Source of the DNA: an uncultured Chloroflexia bacterium | GTDB taxonomy: Bacteria; Chloroflexota; Limnocylindria; Limnocylindrales; CSP1-4 | DNA length: 64,000 nt | Direction of reading: 5' to 3' | Assembly (NCBI GenBank): GCA_963749705.1 | Contig: CAVVNQ010000003.1 | Span: 352,001-416,000 of the forward strand | Shown: piece by piece, positions 31,413 through 39,998 of the stretch | How the letters are laid out: each line of letters begins with the position of its first letter | Numbering within the stretch: position 1 is the first letter of the stretch | The notes under the pieces: model-generated | Told to the model about the DNA's origin: nothing | The model's database searches: none | Seen by the model: only the letters and a program-made list of their open reading frames with translations | Position numbers and translations under genes: made by a program

Positions 31413-31534
31413 TCGGGGCGCCAGCCCATCCGTCGATCAGGATGACCCGGGCCGAGTGCCATCCCGTCGATCGGGCTGACCGGGGCGAGTGCCATCCCGT
31501 CGATCAGGCTGACCCGGGCGACCGTCACCCGTCG
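31401..31534. repeat. imperfect 33-bp tandem direct repeat (3 full units plus partial flanks)
   Basis: Consensus CCATCCCGTCGATCRGGCTGACCSGGGCGAGTG; units start at 31426, 31459 and 31492. Confidence 0.85.
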
Positions 31535-31739
31535 CGGCGCGCCGGGTGCATCCCACCCGGACCGCCCTCATCCTCACCGGTCCGACGCGCTCCCAACGGT
31601 CACGGGGTCGAAAGGGCCACCCGCGCCCTGACCATCCAGCGATTGGCTGCGAACGCGCGCGCGTCGACGCTGGCAGGGCATTCATCCGTGCCCGGGCCTT
31701 CCCGCCGGGCGCCCCGCCAATTGACCGGAGCCTCGTACC

Positions 31740-34097
31740 TTGCGCAAGCTGGCCCTCGCCCTCGTCGCCGTGTTCCTCGTGGGCATCGGCACCTTCGCCG
31801 CTCCGAACGTCTCGCCCGCCGCCGCGGCCACCGGCCCCAAGGTCGCGATCATCGTTGGCGCCACGCACGACGCGACCGATACGTACCGGAGCTACGCCGA
31901 TCAGATCTACGCGGAGGCGATCGCGTACACGAGCAACGTGGTCAAGGTCTACAGCCCCAGCGCCACCTGGTCGGCGGTCAAGGCGGCCGTCAACGGCGCC
32001 TCGATCGTCGTGTACCTGGGGCACGGCAATGGCTGGCCAAGCCCCTACACCTACGATCCCACGTACACGACCAAGGATGGCTTCGGGCTCAACTATGACC
32101 TCAACGGTGACGGGAAGCTGTCCGACTACGAGAACAAGTACTACGGCGAGCCGTCGATCGCGACGCTGACACCGGCCCACAACGCGGTCGTCCTGCTGTT
32201 CCACCTGTGCTACGCCTCGGGCAACTCGGAACCGGGCAATGCCGAGCCGTCGCTGAGCGTCGCTCGGCAGCGGGTCGACAACTACGCGTCCGCATTCCTC
32301 AAGGCGGGCGCCGGGGCGGTCATCGCCGACGGGCACAGCCACAGCGGGTACGTCACGCGATTGTTCACGACGCTCCAGACGGTGGACCAGCTGTGGCGCG
32401 GCATGCCGTCTGCCAACGGCCACGTCTCCTCGTATGCGTCGAGTCGCACGCCGGGCGCCACCTACGAGATGGACCCCAACACGTCGACCACCGGGTTCTA
32501 CCGGTCCGTTACCGGCTCGATGTCGCTGACCACCGCGCAGGTGACGGGCGCGGCCTTCGCCTCGACCGACACCGACCCCACCGACTTCCAGGTGCCCGGC
32601 GCGGCGAGCGTCGCGGTGGACGGCGCACCGGTGTATGCGACGCAGGCGGACGCCGCCGCCGCGCACGATGCGGCCGCCGCCGGGGTCGATGCCGCCGCGG
32701 ACACGACCGCGGACTCGCTCCCGCCCGAGCCGGTCGCGACGCTGCCCATGGATGACCAGCTGCGCGTCTCCCAGATCGTTCCGACCGCCGATGGCGCCAA
32801 GCTGCTCGACATCGAGACGTTCGATGGCAACAGCAGCGGCTGGATCATCGGCGACGTCGCCACGCCGCGCGACAGCCGGTCCCCGGTGGTGTGGTCGGTG
32901 AGCGACGGCAACGCCCTGTTCACGCCGAACGGCGACGGCGACCGGGACAAGTACGTGCTGACGGTGGACCTGTCAGAGTCCGCGTCCTGGACGCTGGCGA
33001 TCGAGAACGACAAGGGTTCGACGTTGGCGACCCGCAACGGGTCCGGAAACACCGCGGCCCTGACCTGGGACGGAATGGTCAGCGGCTCGCTGGCCCCTGA
33101 CGGCACGTACCGGTGGCGACTCACCGCCGTCGACGCGTGGGAGAACCCGCCCCTGAGCTCGACGGCGACGTTCGTCCTGAACCACGACCCGATCAGCATC
33201 TCCCGCCTGTCGGGCCCCGACCGGTTCGCCACCGCCGCCGCGATCAGCAAGGCGAGCTTCTCGGCAGGGGTCCCGGTCGCCTACGTGGCCAGCGGGCTCA
33301 ACTTCCCCGATGCGCTCGCCGGGGCCGCGGTGGCCGGGTCTCAGGGTGGCCCGGTCCTGCTGGTCACCCGGGATGCCATCCCCTCGCCCATCGCGACCGA
33401 GCTCGCCCGGCTCCACCCGGCCCGGATCGTCGTGCTCGGCAGCGCCGGCGTGGTCAGCGACGGGGTGAAGGCGGCGCTCAAGGCCTACACCGCGGGTACC
33501 GTCACGAGGCTGTCGGGCCCCGACCGGTTCGCCACCGCCGCCGCGATCAGCAAGGCGAGCTTCTCGGCAGGGGTCCCGGTCGCCTACGTGGCCAGCGGGC
33601 TCAACTTCCCCGATGCGCTCGCCGGGGCCGCGGTGGCCGGGTCTCAGGGTGGCCCGGTCCTGCTGGTCACCCGGGATGCCATCCCCTCGCCCATCGCGAC
33701 CGAGCTCGCCCGGCTCCACCCGGCCCGGATCGTCGTGCTCGGCAGCGCCGGCGTGGTCAGCGACGGGGTGAAGGCGGCGCTCAAGGCCTACACCGCGGGT
33801 ACCGTCACGAGGCTGTCGGGCCCCGACCGGTTCGCCACCGCCGCCGCGATCAGCAAGGCGAGCTTCTCGGCAGGGGTCCCGGTCGCCTACGTGGCCAGCG
33901 GGCTCAACTTCCCCGATGCGCTCGCCGGGGCCGCGGTGGCCGGGTCTCAGGGTGGCCCGGTCCTGCTGGTCACCCGGGATGCCATCCCCTCGCCCATCGC
34001 GACCGAGCTCGCGCGGCTCCACCCGGCCCGGATCGTCGTGCTCGGCAGCGCCGGCGTGGTCAGCGACGGGGTCGGAACCGCGTTCGCTGCCTATTGA
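31740..34097 (+). CDS. secreted surface protein: clan-CD (C25/CHAT-like) peptidase-like domain, FlgD-type Ig domain, 3x CWB2
   Basis: Signal peptide MRKLALALVAVFLV; YLGHG and LFHLCY; FTPNGDGDRD...TWDG...PDGTY; three RLSGPDRFATA...FPDAL...PVLLV repeats. Confidence 0.85.
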   Translation: MRKLALALVAVFLVGIGTFAAPNVSPAAAATGPKVAIIVGATHDATDTYRSYADQIYAEAIAYTSNVVKVYSPSATWSAVKAAVNGASIVVYLGHGNGWPSPYTYDPTYTTKDGFGLNYDLNGDGKLSDYENKYYGEPSIATLTPAHNAVVLLFHLCYASGNSEPGNAEPSLSVARQRVDNYASAFLKAGAGAVIADGHSHSGYVTRLFTTLQTVDQLWRGMPSANGHVSSYASSRTPGATYEMDPNTSTTGFYRSVTGSMSLTTAQVTGAAFASTDTDPTDFQVPGAASVAVDGAPVYATQADAAAAHDAAAAGVDAAADTTADSLPPEPVATLPMDDQLRVSQIVPTADGAKLLDIETFDGNSSGWIIGDVATPRDSRSPVVWSVSDGNALFTPNGDGDRDKYVLTVDLSESASWTLAIENDKGSTLATRNGSGNTAALTWDGMVSGSLAPDGTYRWRLTAVDAWENPPLSSTATFVLNHDPISISRLSGPDRFATAAAISKASFSAGVPVAYVASGLNFPDALAGAAVAGSQGGPVLLVTRDAIPSPIATELARLHPARIVVLGSAGVVSDGVKAALKAYTAGTVTRLSGPDRFATAAAISKASFSAGVPVAYVASGLNFPDALAGAAVAGSQGGPVLLVTRDAIPSPIATELARLHPARIVVLGSAGVVSDGVKAALKAYTAGTVTRLSGPDRFATAAAISKASFSAGVPVAYVASGLNFPDALAGAAVAGSQGGPVLLVTRDAIPSPIATELARLHPARIVVLGSAGVVSDGVGTAFAAY
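33200..34072. repeat. three tandem 303-bp CWB2-coding repeats (block A)
   Basis: Units start at 33207, 33510 and 33813; they read as nucleotide-identical apart from one synonymous change in unit 3. Confidence 0.95.
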
Positions 34098-34117
34098 CCG
34101 GGGTGTTGCCTCCCCGG
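34098..34117 (+). terminator. stem-loop after the first CWB2 gene (no U tract)
   Basis: CCGGGG-tgttgcct-CCCCGG immediately after the stop codon. Confidence 0.35.
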
Positions 34118-34195
34118 ACGACGCAACCCGTGCGGGACGGCCCTTGCGCGGGCGACCGGACCGGAGCAACCCTAACCGCACCGTACTGTGCTAAC

Positions 34196-34331
34196 AGGGA
34201 CCTTGGTCAGGTTGATCCAACCGCCGATGCGGAGGAAGATACCGGCCCGAGCACCGGAGCCTCCCCCTGCGGGTCATCCGGCGAGCCGTGTCGCGGTCAG
34301 GCGACCGGCCGGGGCAACTGAACCAAGAGGA
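34196..34331 (+). promoter_or_regulatory. candidate structured 5' leader RNA of the GH18 gene
   Basis: TACTGT at 34184; closing helix 34202-34214/34315-34327 overlaps the AAGAGGA RBS and encloses two internal helices. Confidence 0.45.
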
Positions 34332-34336
34332 CGGCT

Positions 34337-37300
34337 GTGAACCGACCCCGCTTCGCGCTCCACGGCCGCCCCATCGCCACCATCCTGTTGATCGCCGTGC
34401 TTGCCGTGGGCATCGTGCCCGTTCCGGCAGCTGCCGTGGCGCCGACGGGGCGGCCACCCGCAACGATCTCAGCGCCGGGTTCCGAGCCGGCACCCGCGGC
34501 GTCGGCAGCCGATCGCGCGGCGGTGTCGGAGGTCGGCCGCCCGGAGCCTTCGGTGGTGTACGAGCAGGCGATGGCCCACGCGGCCGACGCGAACACGTTC
34601 ACGCCCGGCGACCGCGTGTCGACCCCGTTCTCACCACGGTCCACGGACCGCTGGCCCGTCGACGGCCACGCTCCGACGTCGCTTCCCGCGGGTCGGGCGA
34701 GCGGCCGGGACATGGCGCGCAGCCCCCAGGGCAGCAGCTGGGCCGGGTCCAAGTCCGATCCCTCGCCGCTTGCCCCGGTTGCGACCGCGCCGCCGATCGA
34801 GCCGTCATCCGCGCCGATCGACGCCAACGGCGGCGGCACCGCCGTGCAGGCGTCGGGTGCATCGTGGACGGCCCCCGGGACCGCGACCGTTGACGCCGCC
34901 GCAGCGGCCGGCCTCCGCCGACAGGTGTTCGGCTTCCTCCCGTACTGGGAGGTTTCGGGCTCCGCGTCGACCCTCAACTACGACGACCTGTCCACGATCG
35001 CGTACTTCTCGGTCGGCGCCGACAAGCTGGGCAACCTGCTCAAGAAGAACAGCGACGGTTCGACGACCACCGGCTGGGGCGGCTGGACCAGCTCGAACCT
35101 GACCAAGACGATCAATGCGGCGCACAGCCACGGCACGCGCGTCGTGCTGACCCTCTCGGTCTTCGCCTGGACGACCAGCCAGGCAGCCCTGCAGCAGGCG
35201 CTGCTGGGCAGCAGCAGTGCGCGCCTCAACCTTGCGAAGCAGGCGGTGGCGGCCGTTCGAGACCGTGGGGCCGACGGCATCAACCTGGATTTCGAGCCGG
35301 TCGTGAGCGGGTACGACGACGAGTTCGTCGCGCTCCTGCGGACGATCCGATCGGAGCTTGACAAGGTCGCGCCGGGATACCAGCTGACGTACGACACGAC
35401 GGGCTGGATCGGCAACTACCCGATCGAGGCGTCGGTCGCGGCGGGTGCCGCCGACGCCATCTTCGTGATGGGCTACGACTACCGCACGTCCTCCTCGTCG
35501 TACGTCGGGTCGATCGATCCCCTGTCAGGTCCCGCGTACGACCTCGCAGACACCATCCGCTCATACACCGCCCGGGTGAGCCCGTCGAAGGTGATCCTCG
35601 GCCTTCCCTGGTACGGGCGCGCATGGTCGACCGCGACCGACACGGTGAACGCGGCCAGCCAGAGCGGCGCCAAGTACGGATACAGCACCGCGGTCAACTA
35701 CGAGAACATCGTCGCCCTGGCCGCACAGTACGGGCGTCGCTGGGACAGCCGCGAGCAGACGCCCTGGTTCGCATACCAGAAGCAGAACTGCACGACCACC
35801 TATGGCTGCGTGACGACCTGGCGGCAGGTCTACTACGACGACTACGCGTCGATGCGCCTCCGGTATGACCTGGTCAACACGTACGGGCTGCGCGGTGCCG
35901 GGATCTGGGCGCTCGGCTACGACGGGGGTCATGCCGAGCTGTACCAGGCGATCACGGACGCCTTCCTGACCGACAAGACCGGGCCCGTGACCGGCATCCG
36001 CATGCTCAACGGAACCCAGCGTGACGAGGGCTTCACGGTCTCCTGGACGGGGACCGACGCCACCGGCGTCGCGAGCTACGACGTCCAGGTCTCGACCGAC
36101 GGCGGCGCCTGGACGGACTGGCTCCTGGGAACGACGACGACGTCCGGCACCTGGCTCGGCAACGACGGTCACGGGTATGCGTTCCGCAGCCGTGGCCGCG
36201 ACACCAAGGGGAACGTCTCCGCCTGGAACGTGACCGCGACCTGGAGTGCGGCGCCCGCGCTGGCGGTCGGTGGCTTCGGGCAGGTCCGGACGAACGGGCT
36301 CTCATATCGAACCGGCCCGGACACCTCGGCGACCAAGCTGGGAACCGTCGACACGGGCACGGTCGTCGCCGTGACCGGCGGTCCGATCACGGCCGATGGC
36401 TACGTCTGGTGGCAGGTCACGCAGCCCGTCCTCGAGTGGGGCACGGTGACGTTCGCCGAGGCCGGCGTGTGGATGGCGTCCGGGCCGGTCGCCACCTCGT
36501 CCGCCTATGTCGGCGCCTACCGGGCGCCGAACTCGACCACGGTGAGCGCGGCGCTGCGGGTGACCGGCTTCAACGGTCTCGGGTCGGGCAGTCTCGGCGC
36601 CGCCTACAGCTCGCAGCGCGTCGTGTCGCCCAATGGGGACGGTGACCACGACACCATCCGGCTCGACTGGACGAGCACCGTCACCGTGTCGACGCTCCAG
36701 CTGCGGATCCTGCGCAGCAACGGGACGCTCGTCGACACGAGGAACCTCACCAGCCTGACGCCGGGCGCCGCCCACTACACCTGGGATGGCAAGGCGGGCG
36801 GGGTGCCGGTGGCCGACGGAAGCTACGTGCTCCAGCTCGTCGGGACGGCCGGATCGTCGACCTACCACGCGCCGTCCGCGGACCCTGCAACCGCGGCCCA
36901 GCTGGCGACGTTTGCCGTCACCGTCGATCGCCTTCCGACCTCCCGCCTGTCGGGCCCCGACCGGTTCGCCACCGCCGCCGCGATCAGCAAGGCGAGCTTC
37001 TCGGCAGGGGTCCCGGTCGCCTACGTGGCCAGCGGGCTCAACTTCCCCGATGCGCTCGCCGGGGCCGCGGTGGCCGGGTCTCAGGGTGGCCCGGTCCTGC
37101 TGGTCACCCGGGATGCCATCCCCTCGCCCATCGCGACCGAGCTCGCCCGGCTCCACCCGGCCCGGATCGTCGTGCTCGGCAGCGCCGGCGTGGTCAGCGA
37201 CGGGGTGAAGGCGGCGCTCAAGGCCTACACCGCGGGTACCGTCACGAGGCTGTCGGGCCCCGACCGGTTCGCCACCGCCGCCGCGATCAGCAAGGCGAGC

Positions 37301-37846
37301 TTCTCGGCAGGGGTCCCGGTCGCCTACGTGGCCAGCGGGCTCAACTTCCCCGATGCGCTCGCCGGGGCCGCGGTGGCCGGGTCTCAGGGTGGCCCGGTCC
37401 TGCTGGTCACCCGGGATGCCATCCCCTCGCCCATCGCGACCGAGCTCGCCCGGCTCCACCCGGCCCGGATCGTCGTGCTCGGCAGCGCCGGCGTGGTCAG
37501 CGACGGGGTGAAGGCGGCGCTCAAGGCCTACACCGCGGGTACCGTCACGAGGCTGTCGGGCCCCGACCGGTTCGCCACCGCCGCCGCGATCAGCAAGGCG
37601 AGCTTCTCGGCAGGGGTCCCGGTCGCCTACGTGGCCAGCGGGCTCAACTTCCCCGATGCGCTCGCCGGGGCCGCGGTGGCCGGGTCTCAGGGTGGCCCGG
37701 TCCTGCTGGTCACCCGGGATGCCATCCCCTCGCCCATCGCGACCGAGCTCGCGCGGCTCCACCCGGCCCGGATCGTCGTGCTCGGCAGCGCCGGCGTGGT
37801 CAGCGACGGGGTGAAGGCGGCCGCGCGGGCAGCCGCGATCCCGTAG
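34337..37846 (+). CDS. secreted GH18 glycoside hydrolase with FN3, SH3-like, FlgD-Ig domains and 3x CWB2
   Basis: Signal peptide; VFGFLPYW, GADGINLDFE, VMGYDY, KVILGLPWYG and GAGIWALG; YDVQVSTDGG; SPNGDGDHD; three CWB2 repeats. Confidence 0.9.
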   Translation: MNRPRFALHGRPIATILLIAVLAVGIVPVPAAAVAPTGRPPATISAPGSEPAPAASAADRAAVSEVGRPEPSVVYEQAMAHAADANTFTPGDRVSTPFSPRSTDRWPVDGHAPTSLPAGRASGRDMARSPQGSSWAGSKSDPSPLAPVATAPPIEPSSAPIDANGGGTAVQASGASWTAPGTATVDAAAAAGLRRQVFGFLPYWEVSGSASTLNYDDLSTIAYFSVGADKLGNLLKKNSDGSTTTGWGGWTSSNLTKTINAAHSHGTRVVLTLSVFAWTTSQAALQQALLGSSSARLNLAKQAVAAVRDRGADGINLDFEPVVSGYDDEFVALLRTIRSELDKVAPGYQLTYDTTGWIGNYPIEASVAAGAADAIFVMGYDYRTSSSSYVGSIDPLSGPAYDLADTIRSYTARVSPSKVILGLPWYGRAWSTATDTVNAASQSGAKYGYSTAVNYENIVALAAQYGRRWDSREQTPWFAYQKQNCTTTYGCVTTWRQVYYDDYASMRLRYDLVNTYGLRGAGIWALGYDGGHAELYQAITDAFLTDKTGPVTGIRMLNGTQRDEGFTVSWTGTDATGVASYDVQVSTDGGAWTDWLLGTTTTSGTWLGNDGHGYAFRSRGRDTKGNVSAWNVTATWSAAPALAVGGFGQVRTNGLSYRTGPDTSATKLGTVDTGTVVAVTGGPITADGYVWWQVTQPVLEWGTVTFAEAGVWMASGPVATSSAYVGAYRAPNSTTVSAALRVTGFNGLGSGSLGAAYSSQRVVSPNGDGDHDTIRLDWTSTVTVSTLQLRILRSNGTLVDTRNLTSLTPGAAHYTWDGKAGGVPVADGSYVLQLVGTAGSSTYHAPSADPATAAQLATFAVTVDRLPTSRLSGPDRFATAAAISKASFSAGVPVAYVASGLNFPDALAGAAVAGSQGGPVLLVTRDAIPSPIATELARLHPARIVVLGSAGVVSDGVKAALKAYTAGTVTRLSGPDRFATAAAISKASFSAGVPVAYVASGLNFPDALAGAAVAGSQGGPVLLVTRDAIPSPIATELARLHPARIVVLGSAGVVSDGVKAALKAYTAGTVTRLSGPDRFATAAAISKASFSAGVPVAYVASGLNFPDALAGAAVAGSQGGPVLLVTRDAIPSPIATELARLHPARIVVLGSAGVVSDGVKAAARAAAIP
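36940..37812. repeat. three tandem 303-bp CWB2-coding repeats (block B, same sequence as block A)
   Basis: Units start at 36947, 37250 and 37553, offset 3740 bp from block A; unit 3 carries the same GCG variant. Confidence 0.95.
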
Positions 37847-37934
37847 CAACCAGGACGCGGCGCTCGACGCCTGTCGACGTGAACGCGGGACGGGGACGCG
37901 TTCGGCCGGGCCGCGACCGGTACACTCGGCTGCG

Positions 37935-38720
37935 ATGAGCCCCGCCGTGAGCCGTCCCGATCCGAACGCAGACGCAGCCGGTGCGGGAGCATGGATCGTC
38001 CTGCCGACATACGACGAGGCGGACAACCTGCCCGGCATCTCGGCCGCGATCCTGGAGGCGCTGCCGGGAGCGACCCTCCTCGTCGTTGACGACAGCTCGC
38101 CCGACGGGACCGGCGAGCTCGCGGAGCGGCTCGCAGCCGACGATCCCCGGATCCGCGTCAAGCACCGGCCGGCCAAGCAGGGGCTGGGCCGCGCCTACCT
38201 CGACGGCTTCGGCGATGCCCTCGACGGCGGGGCTGCGGTCGTCATCCAGATGGACGCGGACTGGTCCCACGATCCGGCGACCCTGCCGACGCTGATCGAG
38301 CCCGTGGTCACGGGCGTCGCGGATCTCGTGATCGGCTCGCGCTACGTCCGGGGCGGCCGGGTCACCGACTGGGGACCCATCCGGCGACTGATCTCCCGCG
38401 GTGGCTCGCTGTTCGCACGGGTCGTGCTCGGGCTCGGGCCTCACGACCTGACCGGCGGCTTCAAGGCCTGGCGGGCGTCGACGCTCGCCGAGGTTCCGTT
38501 CGATGGCGTGCGCGCGGGCGGCTACGTGTTCCAGATCGAGATGACCTACCGCGCATCGCGGTTCGGTGCCCGGATCACCGAGGTGCCGATCACGTTCCGC
38601 GATCGGCGGGCCGGGGCGTCCAAGATGAGTCGCCGGATCATCGTTGAGGCCCTGTTCGTCGTCGTCGGGCTTCGCTGGGACGAGCTCCGCGGGCGCGCGC
38701 CGGCACGACGGACGCCGTGA
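37935..38720 (+). CDS. polyprenol-phosphate glycosyltransferase (GT2, Ppm1/Dpm1-like)
   Basis: LPTYDEADN, VDDSSPDGTG, QMDADWSH, GSRY and GYVFQIE. Confidence 0.92.
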   Translation: MSPAVSRPDPNADAAGAGAWIVLPTYDEADNLPGISAAILEALPGATLLVVDDSSPDGTGELAERLAADDPRIRVKHRPAKQGLGRAYLDGFGDALDGGAAVVIQMDADWSHDPATLPTLIEPVVTGVADLVIGSRYVRGGRVTDWGPIRRLISRGGSLFARVVLGLGPHDLTGGFKAWRASTLAEVPFDGVRAGGYVFQIEMTYRASRFGARITEVPITFRDRRAGASKMSRRIIVEALFVVVGLRWDELRGRAPARRTP

Positions 38721-39988
38721 CCGGAGCGCCCCGGCCGGGCTGGCGGCCAGGCACCTCCGACGCCCCCGCGGCCGCGCCCCCCGGCGTGCGCGTGGTGATG
38801 GACCTCCGGCCCGTGCAGGACGCGGAGCGGGCGCCGCTGACCGCCGCGTACCTCGACGGTCTCCTGGCAGCGCTGGCCGCCGACCCGCTGCCGGGAGAAT
38901 CGTTCTCGTTCCTGCTCGCGTCGGACCTCGATGATCCCAGCGGGCGCTGGCCCGGGCTGAACGTCGTCGGCAGCCGGCTGCTTCCGCCGACCCGCCTCCT
39001 GCGATCCGGTGCGCTCACCGTCGACCCGGTCCTGCTGCGTGGCGCGTCCGTCGGGGCCGGCTGGCGGGCCGAGCGCTCGGGCGCGACGGGTGCGGTCTAC
39101 CACGCCGTCGCCGGCGCGCTTCCGATCGGGTCGCGCATCCCCATCGTCGCCACGCTCCTGGACCTCGCCCCGTGGGAGCTGCCCGACGCCTTCCAGCGCG
39201 GCACGGCCGCCCGCTTCGGACAGCGGCTGCGCGCCCGGCTCCTGCGCGATGCCGCGGCGGTCATCGTCCCCACGCGCGAGACCGCGATCCAGGCGCGCCA
39301 TCTGCTGCACATCCGGGCGGCACGCCTGCGGGTGATCCCGCTCGCGGCAGGACCCGCGTATCACGGCGGCGCGATCGATGGGGCGGCACCGGAGCGCGAT
39401 CGGCTCGGCCTCGGCGATCGCTACGCGGTGTACGCGGGTCGCTACGACGCCCGCCAGGACCTGGTCACGTTGCTGGCTGCCCTCGCCGCGCTCGCTGCCG
39501 AGCCCGGCCCGGACGGCGTTCCCTGGCCGCCCAGGGTGTGCCTCATCGGGGCCACCCCCGCAGATCGCGCGGCGCTGTCACGGGCGGCGACCCGCGCAGG
39601 CATTCCGGAGCTCCTCGCCTACGCCCCCCGGCTGCCCGAGGCGAGGCTCGCCGCACTCGTTGCCGGGGCCCGGTTCCTCGTGCTGCCCGTCCGCTCCGAG
39701 GCGGCCAGCTTCGCCGCGCTCGACGCCCTCGCCGCGGGCGTGCCAGTGGTCGCATCGGCCGTCGGATCGCTGAAGGAGATCGTGGGCCGGGCCGGGATCC
39801 TGGTGGAGCCGGGCGATCCCACCCGGCTTGCCGCGGCGCTGCGGGCTGCGTGGTCCGACGACGAGCTCCACGCGGGGCTGGTCGCGGCAGGGTCGGACCG
39901 GGTTGGCCGTGACCGCACCTGGGCCGACGTGGCGCGCGAGACCCGCGAGGTCTGGGCGGAGGTCGCCCGCCCCGCACCCTTGCTCTAG
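38717..39988 (+). CDS. GT4 glycosyltransferase (divergent)
   Basis: GT-B C-terminal pattern LPVRSEAASFAALDALAAGVPVVAS and TWADVA. Confidence 0.8.
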   Translation: MTGAPRPGWRPGTSDAPAAAPPGVRVVMDLRPVQDAERAPLTAAYLDGLLAALAADPLPGESFSFLLASDLDDPSGRWPGLNVVGSRLLPPTRLLRSGALTVDPVLLRGASVGAGWRAERSGATGAVYHAVAGALPIGSRIPIVATLLDLAPWELPDAFQRGTAARFGQRLRARLLRDAAAVIVPTRETAIQARHLLHIRAARLRVIPLAAGPAYHGGAIDGAAPERDRLGLGDRYAVYAGRYDARQDLVTLLAALAALAAEPGPDGVPWPPRVCLIGATPADRAALSRAATRAGIPELLAYAPRLPEARLAALVAGARFLVLPVRSEAASFAALDALAAGVPVVASAVGSLKEIVGRAGILVEPGDPTRLAAALRAAWSDDELHAGLVAAGSDRVGRDRTWADVARETREVWAEVARPAPLL

Positions 39989-39998
39989 GAGCCCCCGC

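Noticed and set aside
31426-31524. CRISPR array
   Set aside because: The units are contiguous with no unique spacers, and there are no cas genes in the window
34196-34331. 6S RNA, SRP RNA or ydaO riboswitch
   Set aside because: Too short and branched for 6S, lacks the SRP GGAA-tetraloop motif, and lacks the ydaO consensus segments
33200-37812. Composite transposon or IS bounded by long direct repeats
   Set aside because: The repeats are in-frame CWB2 coding sequence, with no transposase, terminal inverted repeats or target duplication
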